From NCBI GenBank assembly GCA_964016885.1, contig CAXHJY010000183.1, forward strand, positions 1-64,000: a stretch of 64,000 nt of DNA, given 5' to 3'. Below, piece by piece: positions 29,481 to 42,859 of the stretch (positions within the stretch are counted from its first letter, which is position 1; the number at the start of each line of letters is the position of its first letter). The position numbers and the translations under genes are program-made. Source of the DNA: Eledone cirrhosa (taxonomy: Eukaryota). The notes beneath the pieces are model-generated. The model was given only the letters and a program-made list of their open reading frames with translations. It did no database searches and had not been told where the DNA came from.

Positions 29481-32400
29481 CTATAGTATATGTTACAACC
29501 TCCCTCTATAGTATATGTTACAGCCACCCTCTATAGTATATGTTACAGCCACCCTCTATAGTATATGTTACAGCCACCCTCTATAGTATATGTTACAGCC
29601 ACCCTCTATAGTATATGTTACAGCCACCCTCTATAGTATATGTTACAGCCTCCCTCTATAGTATATGTTACAACCTCCCTCTATAGTATATGTTACAACC
29701 TCCCTCTATAGCATATGTTACAGCCACCCTCTATAGTATATGTTACAGCCTCCCTCTATAGTATATGTTACAGCCTCCTTCTATAGTATATGTTACAGCC
29801 TCCCTCTATAGTATATGTTACAGCCTCCCTCTATAGTATATGTTACAGCCACCCTCTATAATATATGTTACAGCCACCCTCTATAGTATATGTTACAACC
29901 TCCCTCTATAGTATATGTTACAACCTCCCTCTATAGTATATGTTACAGACTCCCTCTATAGCATATGTTACAGCCACCCTCTATAGTATATGTTACAGCC
30001 ACCCTCTATAGTATATGTTACAGCCTCCCTCTATAGTATATGTTACAGCCTCCCTCTTATAGTATATGTTACAGCCTCCCTCTATAGTATATGTTACAGC
30101 CTCCCTCTATAGTATATGTTACAGCCTCCCTCTATAATATATGTTACAACCTCCCTCTATAGTATATGTTACAGCCTCCCTCTATAGTATATGTTACAGC
30201 CTCCCTCTATAGTATATGTTACAGCCACCCTCTATAGTATATGTTACCATCCCCTCTATAGTATATGTTACAGCCTCCCTCTATAGTATATGTTACAGCC
30301 TCCCTCTATAGTATATGTTACAGCCTCCCTCTATAGTATATGTTACAGCCACCCTCTATAGTATATGTTACAGCCACCCTCTATAGTATATGTTACAGCC
30401 TCCCTCTATAGTATATGTTACCATCCCCTGTATAGTATATGTTACAGCCTCCCTCTATAGCATATGTTACAGCCACCCTCTATAGTATATGTTACAGCCA
30501 CCCTCTATAGTATATGTTACAGCCTCCCTCTATAGTATATGTTACAGCCTCATTCTATAGTATATGTTACAGCCTCCCTCTATAATATATGTTACAGCCT
30601 CCCTCTATAGTATATGTTACAGCCTCCCTCTATAGTATATGTTACAGCCTCCCTCTATAGTATATGTTACAGCCACCCTCTATAGTATATGTTACCATCC
30701 CCTCTATAGTATATGTTACAGCCTCCCTCTATAGCATATGTTACAGCCACCCTCTATAGTATATGTTACAGCCACCCTCTATAGTATATGTTACAGCCTC
30801 CCTCTATAGTATATGTTACAGCCTCCCTCTATAGTATATGTTACAGCCTCCCTCTATAGTATATGTTACAGCCTCCCTCTATAGTATATGTTACAGCCTC
30901 CCTCTATAGTATATGTTACAGCCACCCTCTATAATATATGTTACCATCCCCTCTATAGTATATGTTACAGCCACCCTCTATAGTATATGTTACAGCCTCC
31001 TTCTATAGTATATGTTACAGCCACCCTCTATAGTATATGTTACCATTCCCTCTATAGTATATGTTACAGCCACCCTCTATAGTATATGTTACAGCCTCCC
31101 TCTATAGTATATGTTACAATCCCCTCTATAGTATATGTTACAGCCACCCTCTATAATATATGTTACAGCCTCCCTCTATAGTATATGTTACCATCCCCTC
31201 TATAGTATATGTTACAGCCACCCTCTATAATATATGTTACAGCCTCCCTCTATAGTATATGTTACAACCTCCCTCTATAGTATATGTTACCATTCCCTCT
31301 ATAGTATATGTTACAGCCACCCTCTATAATATATGTTACAGCCTCCCTCTATAGTATATGTTACAGCCTCCCTCTATAGTATATGTTACAGCCTCCCTCT
31401 ATAGTATATGTTACAACCTCCCTCTATAGTATATGTTACCATCCCCTCTATAGTATATGTTACAGCCTCCCTCTATAGTATATGTTACAGCCTCCCTCTA
31501 TAGTATATGTTACAACCTCCCTCTATAGTATATGTTACCACCCCCTCTATAGTATATGTTACAGCCACCCTCTATAGTATATGTTACAGCCTCCTTCTAT
31601 AGTATATGTTACAGCCACCCTCTATAGTATATGTTACCATTCCCTCTATAGTATATGTTACAGCCACCCTCTATAGTATATGTTACAGCCTCCCTCTATA
31701 GTATATGTTACAATCCCCTCTATAGTATATGTTACAGCCACCCTCTATAATATATGTTACAGCCTCCCTCTATAGTATATGTTACCATCCCCTCTATAGT
31801 ATATGTTACAGCCACCCTCTATAATATATGTTACAGCCTCCCTCTATAGTATATGTTACAACCTCCCTCTATAGTATATGTTACCATTCCCTCTATAGTA
31901 TATGTTACAGCCACCCTCTATAATATATGTTACAGCCTCCCTCTATAGTATATGTTACAGCCTCCCTCAATAGTATATGTTACAGCCTCCCTCTATAGTA
32001 TATGTTACAACCTCCCTCTATAGTATATGTTACAGCCTCCCTCTATAGTATATGTTACAGCCTCCCTCTATAGTATATGTTACAGCCTCCCTCTATAGTA
32101 TATGTTACAGCCTCCCTCTATAGTATATGTTACAGCCTCCTTCTATAATATATGTTACAGCCTCCCTCTATAGCATATGTTACAGCCACCCTCTATAGTA
32201 TATGTTACAGCCACCCTCTATAGTATATGTTACAGCCTCCCTCTATAGTATATGTTACAGCCTCCCTCTATAGTATATGTTACAGCCTCCCTCTATAGTA
32301 TATGTTACAGCCTCCCTCTATAGTATATGTTACAGCCTCCCTCTATAGTATATGTTACAGCCTCCCTCTATAGTATATGTTACAACCTCCCTCTATAGTA

Positions 32401-35400
32401 TATGTTACCATCCCCTCTATAGTATATGTTACAGCCACCCTCTATAATATATGTTACAGCCTCCCTCTATAGTATATGTTACAGCCACCCTCTATAGTAT
32501 ATGTTACAGCCTCCCTCTATAATATATGTTACAGCCACCCTCTATAGTATATGTTACAGCCTCCCTCTATAGTATATGTTACAGCCACCCTCTATAGTAT
32601 ATGTTACCATCCCCTCTATAGTATATGTTACAGCCACCCTCTTTAGTATATGTTACAGCCTCCCTCTATAGTATATGTTACAGCCACCCTCTATAGTATA
32701 TGTTACAGCCTCCCTCTATAGTATATGTTACAGCCTCCCTCTATAGTATATGTTACAGCCACCCTCTATAGTATATGTTACAGCCTCCCTCTATAGTATA
32801 TGTTACAGCCTCCCTCTATAGTATATGTTACGGCCACCCTCTATAGTATATGTTACAGCCTCCCTCTATAGTATATGTTACAGCCTCCCTCTATAGTATA
32901 TGTTACAGCCTCCCTCTATAGTATATGTTACAACCTCCCCCTATAGTATATGTTACAGCCTCCCCCTATAGTATATGTTACAGCCTCCCTCTATAATATA
33001 TGCTACAGCCTCCCTCTATAGTATATGTTACAGCCTCCCTCTATAGTATATGTTACAGCCTCCCTCTATAATTTATGTTACAGCCTCCCTCTATAGTATA
33101 TGTTACAGCCTCCCTCTATAGTATATGTTACAGCCTCCCTCTATAGTATATGTTACAGCCACCCTCTATAGTATATGTTACAGCCTCCCTCTATAGTATA
33201 TGTTACAGCCTCCCTCTATAGTATATGTTACCATCCCCTCTATAGTATATGTTACAGCCTCCCTCTATAGTATATGTTACAGCCTCCCTCTATAGTATAT
33301 GTTACAGCCACCCTCTATAGTATATGTTACAGCCTCACTCTATAGTATATGTTACAGCCTCCTTCTATAGTATATGTTACAGCCACCCTCTATAGTATAT
33401 GTTACAGCCTCCTTCTATAGTATATGTTACAGCCACCCTCTATAGTATATGTTACCATTCCCTCTATAGTATATGTTACAGCCACCCTCTATAGTATATG
33501 TTACAGCCTCCCTCTATAGTATATGTTACCATCCCCTCTATAGTATATGTTACAGCCACCCTCTATAATATGTTACAGCCTCCCTCTATAGTATATGTTA
33601 CCATCCCCTCTATAGTATATGTTACAGCCACCCTCTATAATATATGTTACAGCCTCCCTCTATAGTATATGTTACAACCTCCCTCTATAGTATATGTTAC
33701 CATTCCCTCTATAGTATATGTTACAGCCACCCTCTATAATATATGTTACAGCCTCCCTCTATAGTATATGTTACAGCCTCCCTCTATAGTATATGTTACA
33801 GCCTCCCTCTATAGTATATGTTACAACCTCCCTCTATAGTATATGTTACCATCCCCTCTATAGTATATGTTACAGCCTCCCTCTATAGTATATGTTACAG
33901 CCTCCCTCTATAGTATATGTTACAACCTCCCTCTATAGTATATGTTACCACCCCCTCTATAGTATATGTTACAGCCTCCCTCTATAGTATATGTTACAGC
34001 CTCCCTCTATAGTATATGTTACAGCCTCCTTCTATAATATATGTTACAGCCTCCCTCTATAGCATATGTTACAGCCACCCTCTATAGTATATGTTACAGC
34101 CACCCTCTATAGTATATGTTACAGCCTCCCTCTATAGTATATGTTACAGCCTCCCTCTATAGTATATGTTACAGCCTCCCTCTATAGTATATGTTACAGC
34201 CTCCCTCTATAGTATATGTTACAGCCTCCCTCTATAGTATATGTTACAGCCTCCCTCTATAGTATATGTTACAACCTCCCTCTATAGTATATGTTACCAT
34301 CCCCTCTATAGTATATGTTACAGCCACCCTCTATAATATATGTTACAGCCTCCCTCTATAGTATATGTTACAGCCACCCTCTATAGTATATGTTACAGCC
34401 TCCCTCTATAATATATGTTACAGCCACCCTCTATAGTATATGTTACAGCCTCCCTCTATAGTATATGTTACAGCCACCCTCTATAGTATATGTTACCATC
34501 CCCTCTATAGTATATGTTACAGCCACCCTCTTTAGTATATGTTACAGCCTCCCTCTATAGTATATGTTACAGCCACCCTCTATAGTATATGTTACAGCCT
34601 CCCTCTATAGTATATGTTACAGCCTCCCTCTATAGTATATGTTACAGCCTCCCTCTATAGTATATGTTACAACCTCCCCCTATAGTATATGTTACAGCCT
34701 CCCCCTATAGTATATGTTACAGCCTCCCTCTATAATATATGCTACAGCCTCCCTCTATAGTATATGTTACAGCCTCCCTCTATAGTATATGTTACAGCCT
34801 CCCTCTATAATTTATGTTACAGCCTCCCTCTATAGTATATGTTACAGCCACCCTCTATAGTATATGTTACAGCCTCCCTCTATAGTATATGTTACAGCCA
34901 CCCTCTATAGTATATGTTACAGCCTCCCTCTATAGTATATGTTACAGCCTCCCTCTATAGTATATGTTACCATCCCCTCTATAGTATATGTTACAGCCTC
35001 CCTCTATAGTATATGTTACAGCCTCCCTCTATAGTATATGTTACAGCCACCCTCTATAGTATATGTTACAGCCTCACTCTATAGTATATGTTACAGCCTC
35101 CTTCTATAGTATATGTTACAGCCACCCTCTATAGTATATGTTACAGCCTCCTTCTATAGTATATGTTACAGCCACCCTCTATAGTATATGTTACCATTCC
35201 CTCTATAGTATATGTTACAGCCACCCTCTATAGTATATGTTACAGCCTCCCTCTATAGTATATGTTACCATCCCCTCTATAGTATATGTTACAGCCACCC
35301 TCTATAATATATGTTACAGCCTCCCTCTATAGTATATGTTACCATCCCCTCTATAGTATATGTTACAGCCACCCTCTATAATATATGTTACAGCCTCCCT

Positions 35401-37190
35401 CTATAGTATATGTTACAACCTCCCTCTATAGTATATGTTACCATTCCCTCTATAGTATATGTTACAGCCACCCTCTATAATATATGTTACAGCCTCCCTC
35501 TATAGTATATGTTACAGCCTCCCTCTATAGTATATGTTACAGCCTCCCTCTATAGTATATGTTACAACCTCCCTCTATAGTATATGTTACCATCCCCTCT
35601 ATAGTATATGTTACAGCCTCCCTCTATAGTATATGTTACAGCCTCCCTCTATAGTATATGTTACAACCTCCCTCTATAGTATATGTTACCACCCCCTCTA
35701 TAGTATATGTTACAGCCTCCCTCTATAGTATATGTTACAGCCTCCCTCTATAGTATATGTTACAGCCTCCTTCTATAATATATGTTACAGCCTCCCTCTA
35801 TAGCATATGTTACAGCCACCCTCTATAGTATATGTTACAGCCACCCTCTATAGTATATGTTACAGCCTCCCTCTATAGTATATGTTACAGCCTCCCTCTA
35901 TAGTATATGTTACAGCCTCCCTCTATAGTGTATGTTACAGCCTCCCTCTATAGTATATGTTACAACCTCCCTCTATAGTATATGTTACCATCCCCTCTAT
36001 AGTATATGTTACAGCCACCCTCTATAATATATGTTACAGCCTCCCTCTATAGTATATGTTACAGCCACCCTCTATAGTATATGTTACAGCCTCCCTCTAT
36101 AATATATGTTACAGCCACCCTCTATAGTATATGTTACAGCCTCCCTCTATAGTATATGTTACAGCCACCCTCTATAGTATATGTTACCATCCCCTCTATA
36201 GTATATGTTACAGCCACCCTCTTTAGTATATGTTACAGCCTCCCTCTATAGTATATGTTACAGCCACCCGCTATAGTATATGTTACAGCCTCCCTCTATA
36301 GTATATGTTACAGCCTCCCTCTATAGTATATGTTACGGCCACCCTCTATAGTATATGTTACAGCCTCCCTCTATAGTATATGTTACAGCCTCCCTCTATA
36401 GTATATGTTACAGCCTCCCTCTATAGTATATGTTACAACCTCCCCCTATAGTATATGTTACAGCCTCCCCCTATAGTATATGTTACAGCCTCCCTCTATA
36501 GTATATGTTACAGCCTCCCTCTATAGTATATGTTACAGCCTCCCTCTATAATTTATGTTACAGCCTCCCTCTATAGTATATGTTACAGCCACCCTCTATA
36601 GTATATGTGACAGCCTCCCTCTATAGTATATGTTACAGCCACCCTCTATAGTATATGTTACAGCCTCCCTCTATAGTATATGTTACCATCCCCTCTATAG
36701 TATATGTTACAGCCTCCCTCTATAGTATATGTTACAGCCTCCCTCTATAGTATATGTTACAGCCACCCTCTATAGTATATGTTACAGCCTCACTCTATAG
36801 TATATGTTACAGCCTCCTTCTATAGTATATGTTACAGCCACCCTCTATAATATATGTTACAGCCTCCCTCTATAGTATATGTTACAGCCTCCTTCTATAG
36901 TATATGTTACAGCCACCCTCTATAATATATGTTACAGCCTCCCTCTATAGTATATGTTACAACCTCCCTCTATAGTATATGTTACAACCTCCCTCTATAG
37001 TATATGTTACAGCCACCCTCTATAGTATATGTTACAGCCTCCCTCTATAATATATGTTACAGCCTCCTTCTATAGTATATGTTACAGCCACCCTCTATAG
37101 TATATGTTACAGAAACCCTCTATAATATATGTTACAGAAACTCTCTATAGCATATGTTACCATCCGCTCCATAGAATATGTAACGCTCTA
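29481..37190. repeat. 25-bp tandem satellite (CTATAGTATATGTTACAGCCTCCCT), ~300 copies
   Basis: Directly visible; recurring variants CAGCCACCCT, CAACCTCCCT, CCATCCCCT (24 bp); degenerate right edge. Confidence 0.98.
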
Positions 37191-38478
37191 TACTATATTA
37201 GACATTTTCTACTAAATTATCCTCATTTGATAGTTGGACATTGTAAGTTTACCTTAGAGTAATGGTTATCGCAGTTGTCTGTTATAAAATAGATACATTT
37301 GTTAATTCAAATGTTTATAATATCTTTACTGATAAACATATCTTTGTGATTGAAAAATTTGCAGTGTTAGAGTAAAATGTTTAAATTTTAATAAGAAATT
37401 TTAATGTACTGTTTTGTACTTTTCAAGAATGTTTGCTAATGTGGTGTTATATGGTGTAGGACATAAAGAATTAATGTGATGCAGTCATGGTGTTGTTTTG
37501 TACTTTTTAAGAATGTCTTGCTAATGCAGTTTCATTTAGTACAGGATGTTAAGAATTAAGTATCTGATTTTTTAAAAACTTTGTCCTTCAAGTTTAAGAT
37601 CCAAAACATTCCACAGTAGATAAAGCTGACACCAAGTACACAATACCAGTTAAAGGCAAAAGAAAAGTTGGGTTAGTTCACTTGACATACAAAAATGCAA
37701 TGTACAGCCAGGGACATTTAGTAAGAGAAAAATAAAAATACACAAAGCCTAAAGTTTGTAGCAGACTGGAATTCATTACAGATCTTAATTATAATTTTTA
37801 ATCTATTAAACTGAATAATAAAAGGTTAGAAAAACTATATTTCAAGAGATGAAAAATCAATTACACTCTTAAGAGAATAATGGTAAAAATCAATATAACT
37901 CTTTTGATATTAACCCAACCCAACTAAAACTGGCACTGATTTTAATAAACAAAAGCTCCTATTTTAAAATATTCCTTGTAATATAATTATATATATGAAC
38001 CATATGTTAAGCTACTATCTTAGTAATGAAATATTGTCTGTAAACCCCTCAAAATTCCTAAGTTAACATTTGAAATAATGTCACAAATGGGTTAACAGTT
38101 TATCCATTTATTTCAATATATATATTTTTTTTATAGCAATACAAATGATTCTATAATTATTACATGGAAGAATTTTAAAATATTTGTAAATAGCTACAAT
38201 TTATATCATGTGAAGTTATCTGTTGCAAATAAAGCTAATGTTATAAATATAGAAATTTCATCATGTAAAAAATACAAAAACTCTAGGCCATGTGTGCAAC
38301 TTAATATATTTTCACATAAAAAAACTTTTTTTTTTTTTAAATGATATAAAAAATGGAAAGCACAATATCCAGCAAAATATTTAACAGACACAAAAATATT
38401 AAGTGAAAGAGCAACATAGAGCGAATTTGCCTGAGCAGCATTCCGGAAAACACGAAATATAAAATAGTTGAAACACAC

Positions 38479-38496
38479 CTGCTGGCACCTTGATAT
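38479..38496 (-). CDS. Candidate 18-nt microexon of the PIX gene (xIKVPA, phase 1-1)
   Basis: TAACTGAT, long pyrimidine tract, CTGCTCAG|ATATCAAGGTGCCAGCAG|GTGTGT; frame-preserving, stop-free and phase-compatible with exon 12510-12594. Confidence 0.6.
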
Positions 38497-38641
38497 CTGA
38501 GCAGAGAGGGACAGGGAAAAGAAAGAGAGAGATATAAAGAAATCAGTTATACTTAGGTATTATATTCAATAATTATAATTGCAATTAACCTGCTCATTTT
38601 TACACAACAAACATATGAGATAATAAAAAAAAAAGTAAATA

Positions 38642-39110
38642 CAAGTTAAGAATCCTTTATCTGGAATTCCAAAATTTTAAAACCTCCCAAATCCCATCTT
38701 TCTGGTGCTGCCATAACTAAAAAGCAGCAATCATGATGTTTTTTAGTGCAAGTACAGTAAATACAAAACATGAAATGTGGATTTGATCATATGAAAATGT
38801 ATGTAAGTGTAACATGATTAGCATCCTTACCTGTATGGATACAACATTGAATAAAAAAAATTATATAAAACTGCTTTCAAGGGCATAAGAAATTTAGATA
38901 AAACTACATCAAGGATATATTTAATTTATATAAAATTACCTTTAGGAAAAATGTAATTTATATAAAACTGGATTCAGGGTAAATGTAATACATAAGTTGT
39001 ATTATGAGATGTAAATAGGTATCATATTTAGGTTTGGGTTCTACCCCAAAGCAATCCCATTTTATAGATACTGAATATGCATTTACAAACATATGAAATC
39101 CTGAAATAGA
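38642..39110. mobile_element. Decayed Tigger/pogo-like non-autonomous DNA element
   Basis: Begins TA|CAAGTTAAGAATCCTTTATCTGGAATTCC, resembling Tigger4-type termini; right end not clear. Confidence 0.35.
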
Positions 39111-39395
39111 GTTAGTTGCACATGTAAGAGATATATATAGGGAAGCCCCGATTTCATTAAACTCATTCGTTGATTGTCCTGTTTTTTTTTTTGGGGGGGG
39201 GGGGGGGGGGTTAATGTTTACCTTATTCTCTGCGTAATTGTTTGCAAGACATTTTGTATTTGTGTGTATACATATATGACAAGCTTTTGATTCCAGAGTC
39301 GGACCAGATCAAGCCTTGAGCTGATCAATTGTGAAATGCATGTTACATCTCAATAAATGTAATGAAGATCTAGCACCTCGTCATTATTATTATAT

Positions 39396-39733
39396 CATCA
39401 TCATCATCATCATTTTACGTCCACTTTTTCCCTGCTTGCAAGGGTGGGACGGGAACTGATTCTGGCTTTATTTCTACAGCTGAATGCCCTTCCTAACACC
39501 AACCTCATTTACAGTGAGTGCTGGGTGCTTTTTTGCCGTGGCACCTCCACGACCACTTTGCAGTGGAATATGGACCCCAGTCCCTATCATCTCATTTCTA
39601 CAGCTGAGTAAACTGGAGCAATGTGAAATAAAGTGTCTTGCTCAAGGAAACAACACATCACCCGGTCTGAGAATTGAACTCACAACCTTTCGATTGCAAG
39701 GCCAATGCTCTAACCACTAAGCCATGTGCCTCC
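39396..39733 (-). mobile_element. SINE family B (tRNA head + core + RTE tail), full length
   Basis: GGAGGCACATGGCTTAGTGGTTAG...GAGTTCAATTC head; 3' end matches the end of the 43-46 kb RTE; (GAT)n tail. Confidence 0.9.
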
Positions 39734-39740
39734 ATATATA

Positions 39741-40130
39741 TAGTGGTAAAAAACCGGGAAGGTATATCCATAGTAAGTAGAGCACTCAGTCCAGTCCAAA
39801 AGATGAATTCGGTGTAGAGTTAGTTTTACAACAAATTACCAAAATATACTCGAGGACGCACATTTCACCGAACGGATTTTCAACCTGTCTATGGCTGCAG
39901 TGGGAACAGAAAAATATATGAGCTAACTGTGAAGTATCTGTTATGTATTCTGACCCAAATAACCATAAATCTTACCTGCAATGAACTAAGTCAAATGAAA
40001 ATTGTCTAATTTGAGTTGTCTCCCTTGTCACCAAAATATCAGCATGTACCGCGCAGAATCCAGTCAGCTCATATACACTGCCATTCTCACTGCAGCCATA
40101 CACGGGTTGAAAATCTGCTCAGTGAAGCGC
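39741..40130 (-). mobile_element. PLE pLTR relic with internal inverted repeat
   Basis: Terminus homologous to 7920-7972 (CTGAGTGCTCTAC..GGATAT..ACCACTA); arms ~39862-39929 and ~40061-40128; GAAATGTGCGTC half-hammerhead. Confidence 0.6.
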
Positions 40131-40489
40131 ACGAGTTAGTGTTAGAGCTTTGAGGCTACCAAACATGAGGTTGTGGGTTCAATACTTGGACTAGGTGATG
40201 CATTGTGTCCTTAAGCAAGACACTTTATTTTATGCTGCTCCAGTTTACTCAGCTGTAGAAATGAGTTACAACATCACTGGTGCCAAGTTGTATCAGCCAT
40301 TGCCTTTCCCTTGGACAATATTGGTGGCATGGAGACTGGTCTGCATGGGCAACAGCTGGTTTTCCATAAACAACCTTGCCCAGACTGCTGCCTCAGAGGG
40401 GAAACTTTCTAGGTGCAAATCCCATGGTCATTTGTGACCATAGGAGGTCTTTACCCTTTACTCTTATATATATATATACTTTGGGAGGG

Positions 40490-40700
40490 TCATGCTGCCA
40501 ATAAAAAACACGCACACCTGTTGGTTTTCACTTCAATTTATTATAAACTTCCAGTTGGTTAGTTTAATACCTGGATGGTTTATTTGTTTAATGTCACAGC
40601 TCTTTCATCACACATTCTGTGACCTCCTCAGTAGCTAATTTGTTATTTTGTGTCTCTCCTTTGTTCTGTCTTACACCACCTTGTTTTCAGCTCACAAGAC
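40490..40700 (-). mobile_element. PLE pLTR relic with degenerate hammerhead
   Basis: Minus strand CTGAGGA G GTCACA GAATG TGTGAT GAAA GAGCTGTG ... AAATAAA. Confidence 0.5.
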
Positions 40701-41054
40701 CCCCCCCCCCAGTATAATACGTTTTCAGATGAGAAATTTTGCAAAACAAATACAAAAAGGAAGTGTGTGTGTGTGTGTATATGTGTATATATGTATACAT
40801 ATATACACATACATACATACACACATGCAAGTGTGGGTACAAATGAAAGAAAAGAGCAATCATACACATATATATTCAATAGTTGTTCGACATTAGGAAA
40901 AGAAAGCGGTAAATGTATCATTTGTGTCAAAAAACATATAATTGCAATAATATACAAGAGAAAACAAACAGTGCAGCTGATTGTATTCAGAAAACAACAA
41001 TTCAAGTAACACTACAACACAGTGTGAATGTGTGTGTGTATATATATATATATA

Positions 41055-41640
41055 TTAAAATACAAATATTAATAAAATAGATGTTCTTTTGATCAATTAT
41101 ATTTTATTATACATATTTCGGATGTACAACAGTACGTCCTCATCAGACAAAATATGATACATGACATACCCTGAGATGTTAAATGGTTAAGATTTAATCA
41201 AGGTAGTGATTAACCTAAGAGAAAGTTTAACATTTATACGCTAAAAATGAGAAAATGCGAAAACGTAATAAATTCAATAGAAAATGTGTGAGTAGGAAAA
41301 ACATTGCTTAATGTAACAGTTATAGAGATTTTAAAATGTATGATACTACAATTTATCTGGGAAAACAGTCAATGAGAGCCGCTGGGATAGGATATATAGT
41401 GAGAGGGAAGATAAGTGGTAATATATGTAGGAGATTTTCCGAAAGTTAAACGGTTAAGTTTCAAAATATTTAATTTATGCTATTTTAGGGTGAAAGATCA
41501 AGATTTTAGTTTTTTTTTTTAAATTGCTGGTTATTTATATTTATTAATAACTCTGGAAAATTATTTTTCATCGAGTGCTTCCAATCTACTGTAAAACTCG
41601 TTCTTTGATATACTCATTGAATCTTGTTTAACTCTTTAAT
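41055..41640 (-). mobile_element. PLE-like pLTR element containing the hammerhead
   Basis: 41055-~41300 aligns in reverse to ~47265-47515; 41540-41640 aligns forward to 47520-47620; flanked by (TA)n. Confidence 0.65.
41101..41153 (-). ncRNA. Type I hammerhead ribozyme with canonical core
   Basis: ATTTTGT-CTGATGA-GGACGTAC TGTT GTACATCC-GAAA TA TG T ATA^ATAAAAT: 7-bp stem I, 8-bp stem II with one mismatch, minimal stem III, AUA cleavage triplet, AATAAA overlapping stem I. Confidence 0.75.
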
Positions 41641-41661
41641 ATATATATATATATCTCAAAA

Positions 41662-41894
41662 ATTCGTTGGATTTTCTAATTGGATACCCTAACACTGGAT
41701 ACCAACACTGAATACACCTGAACTTCTACCAGGAAATCTTTCGTTGTCATTTCTGCTTGCATTTTACATATATAGATATATATATCAATGGTTGCGTGGA
41801 CCCCTCTTAAAGATTCGTTGGATTTTCTAATTGGATACCCCGAAACTGGATACCAATTACTGAATACACCTGAACTTCTACCAGGAAATCTTTC
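41662..41894 (+). repeat. Two ~80-bp direct repeats between TA tracts
   Basis: ATTCGTTGGATTTTCTAATTGGATACC...CTGAATACACCTGAACTTCTACCAGGAAATCTTTC at 41662 and 41813. Confidence 0.85.
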
Positions 41895-42219
41895 ATATCA
41901 GTGAAAATTTTCTTTTCTTTGCTTCATATATATATATTATATATACTTGTCCGCCATTGCAAAAGGCCATCAATTCAAAATTTTGAAGAGAGAGGAAAAG
42001 AGAGAAGTGATCTATGAACTTGTAACATCTCACTGACCCCCCCCCCCCGTCACCACACTAACAATAACGCCTACACTCGCTCTCCACCATCACCACATTA
42101 CTCTAAGGTCGCTGTCCTGTCCCCTGTTGACATACTGCTGACTCTCTTTTGATGTATGTATGTGTATATACATATGTGTATGTGTGTGTATATGTATATC
42201 TCAGTGGATGCGACCAGAT

Positions 42220-42665
42220 TTCAACACAGCAACAACTACAACAACAACAGCAGCAACACCAACAACAACAACAACAACAACAGCAACAACACCATCGTCT
42301 GTGTTGAATGTGTGTGTATGTATTTGTATATATGCGACAGCAATAACAGCATCAACACCATTGTCTGCAGCAACAGCAGCAGTGAAATGAAGGACAACAA
42401 CAACAGTAACAACTACAATAACAACTACAGCACCAACAACTGCCACCACCATCACTGACCATCCACCACCACCACGCTGATACCATCCACCACCACCACA
42501 CTGACACCATCCACCACCGCCATTACCAGCGTAAACAAACAATTATTATTGTTATTGTTATTATATACAAGCCGAACTGGACTGGGAAAGGTCAACAGTT
42601 GACAAGATAGTGATTTTGACGATTTTGATTTTGATTTTGATTTTGACTTTGATTTTGATTTTGTA
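42220..42665. repeat. Mixed (CAA)n/(CAC)n/(GATTTT)n simple repeats
   Basis: Directly visible. Confidence 0.85.
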
Positions 42666-42859
42666 TCAGTACTGTCGGTAATATATGTATATATATATAT
42701 GTTTGTGAGTGGTGTGTGTGATTGTATGCATGAATGAGTGTTGGTATGTGTGGTTGTGGTTTGTATGCATGAGTATTGGTGTGTGAGTCGTGTCAATAAG
42801 TTTCCTTTTTTTTTCTTTTTTTTTTTTTTAATGACCATGCTGTAAAATGGAGGGGTAGA

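Noticed and set aside
29481-37190. CRISPR-like array
   Set aside because: Head-to-tail monomers with no unique spacers, no cas genes, eukaryotic context
37252-37277. 26-nt AG...GT-bounded minus-strand segment as a microexon
   Set aside because: Weak pyrimidine tract, frame-shifting length, lies within a repeat flank
39280-39360. Another hammerhead (GAAATGCATGTTA..AATAAA)
   Set aside because: No CUGANGA half found; too degenerate to call
39650-39733. tRNA gene (also at other A/B-box heads)
   Set aside because: Heads run straight into SINE core and LINE tail; no convincing cloverleaf
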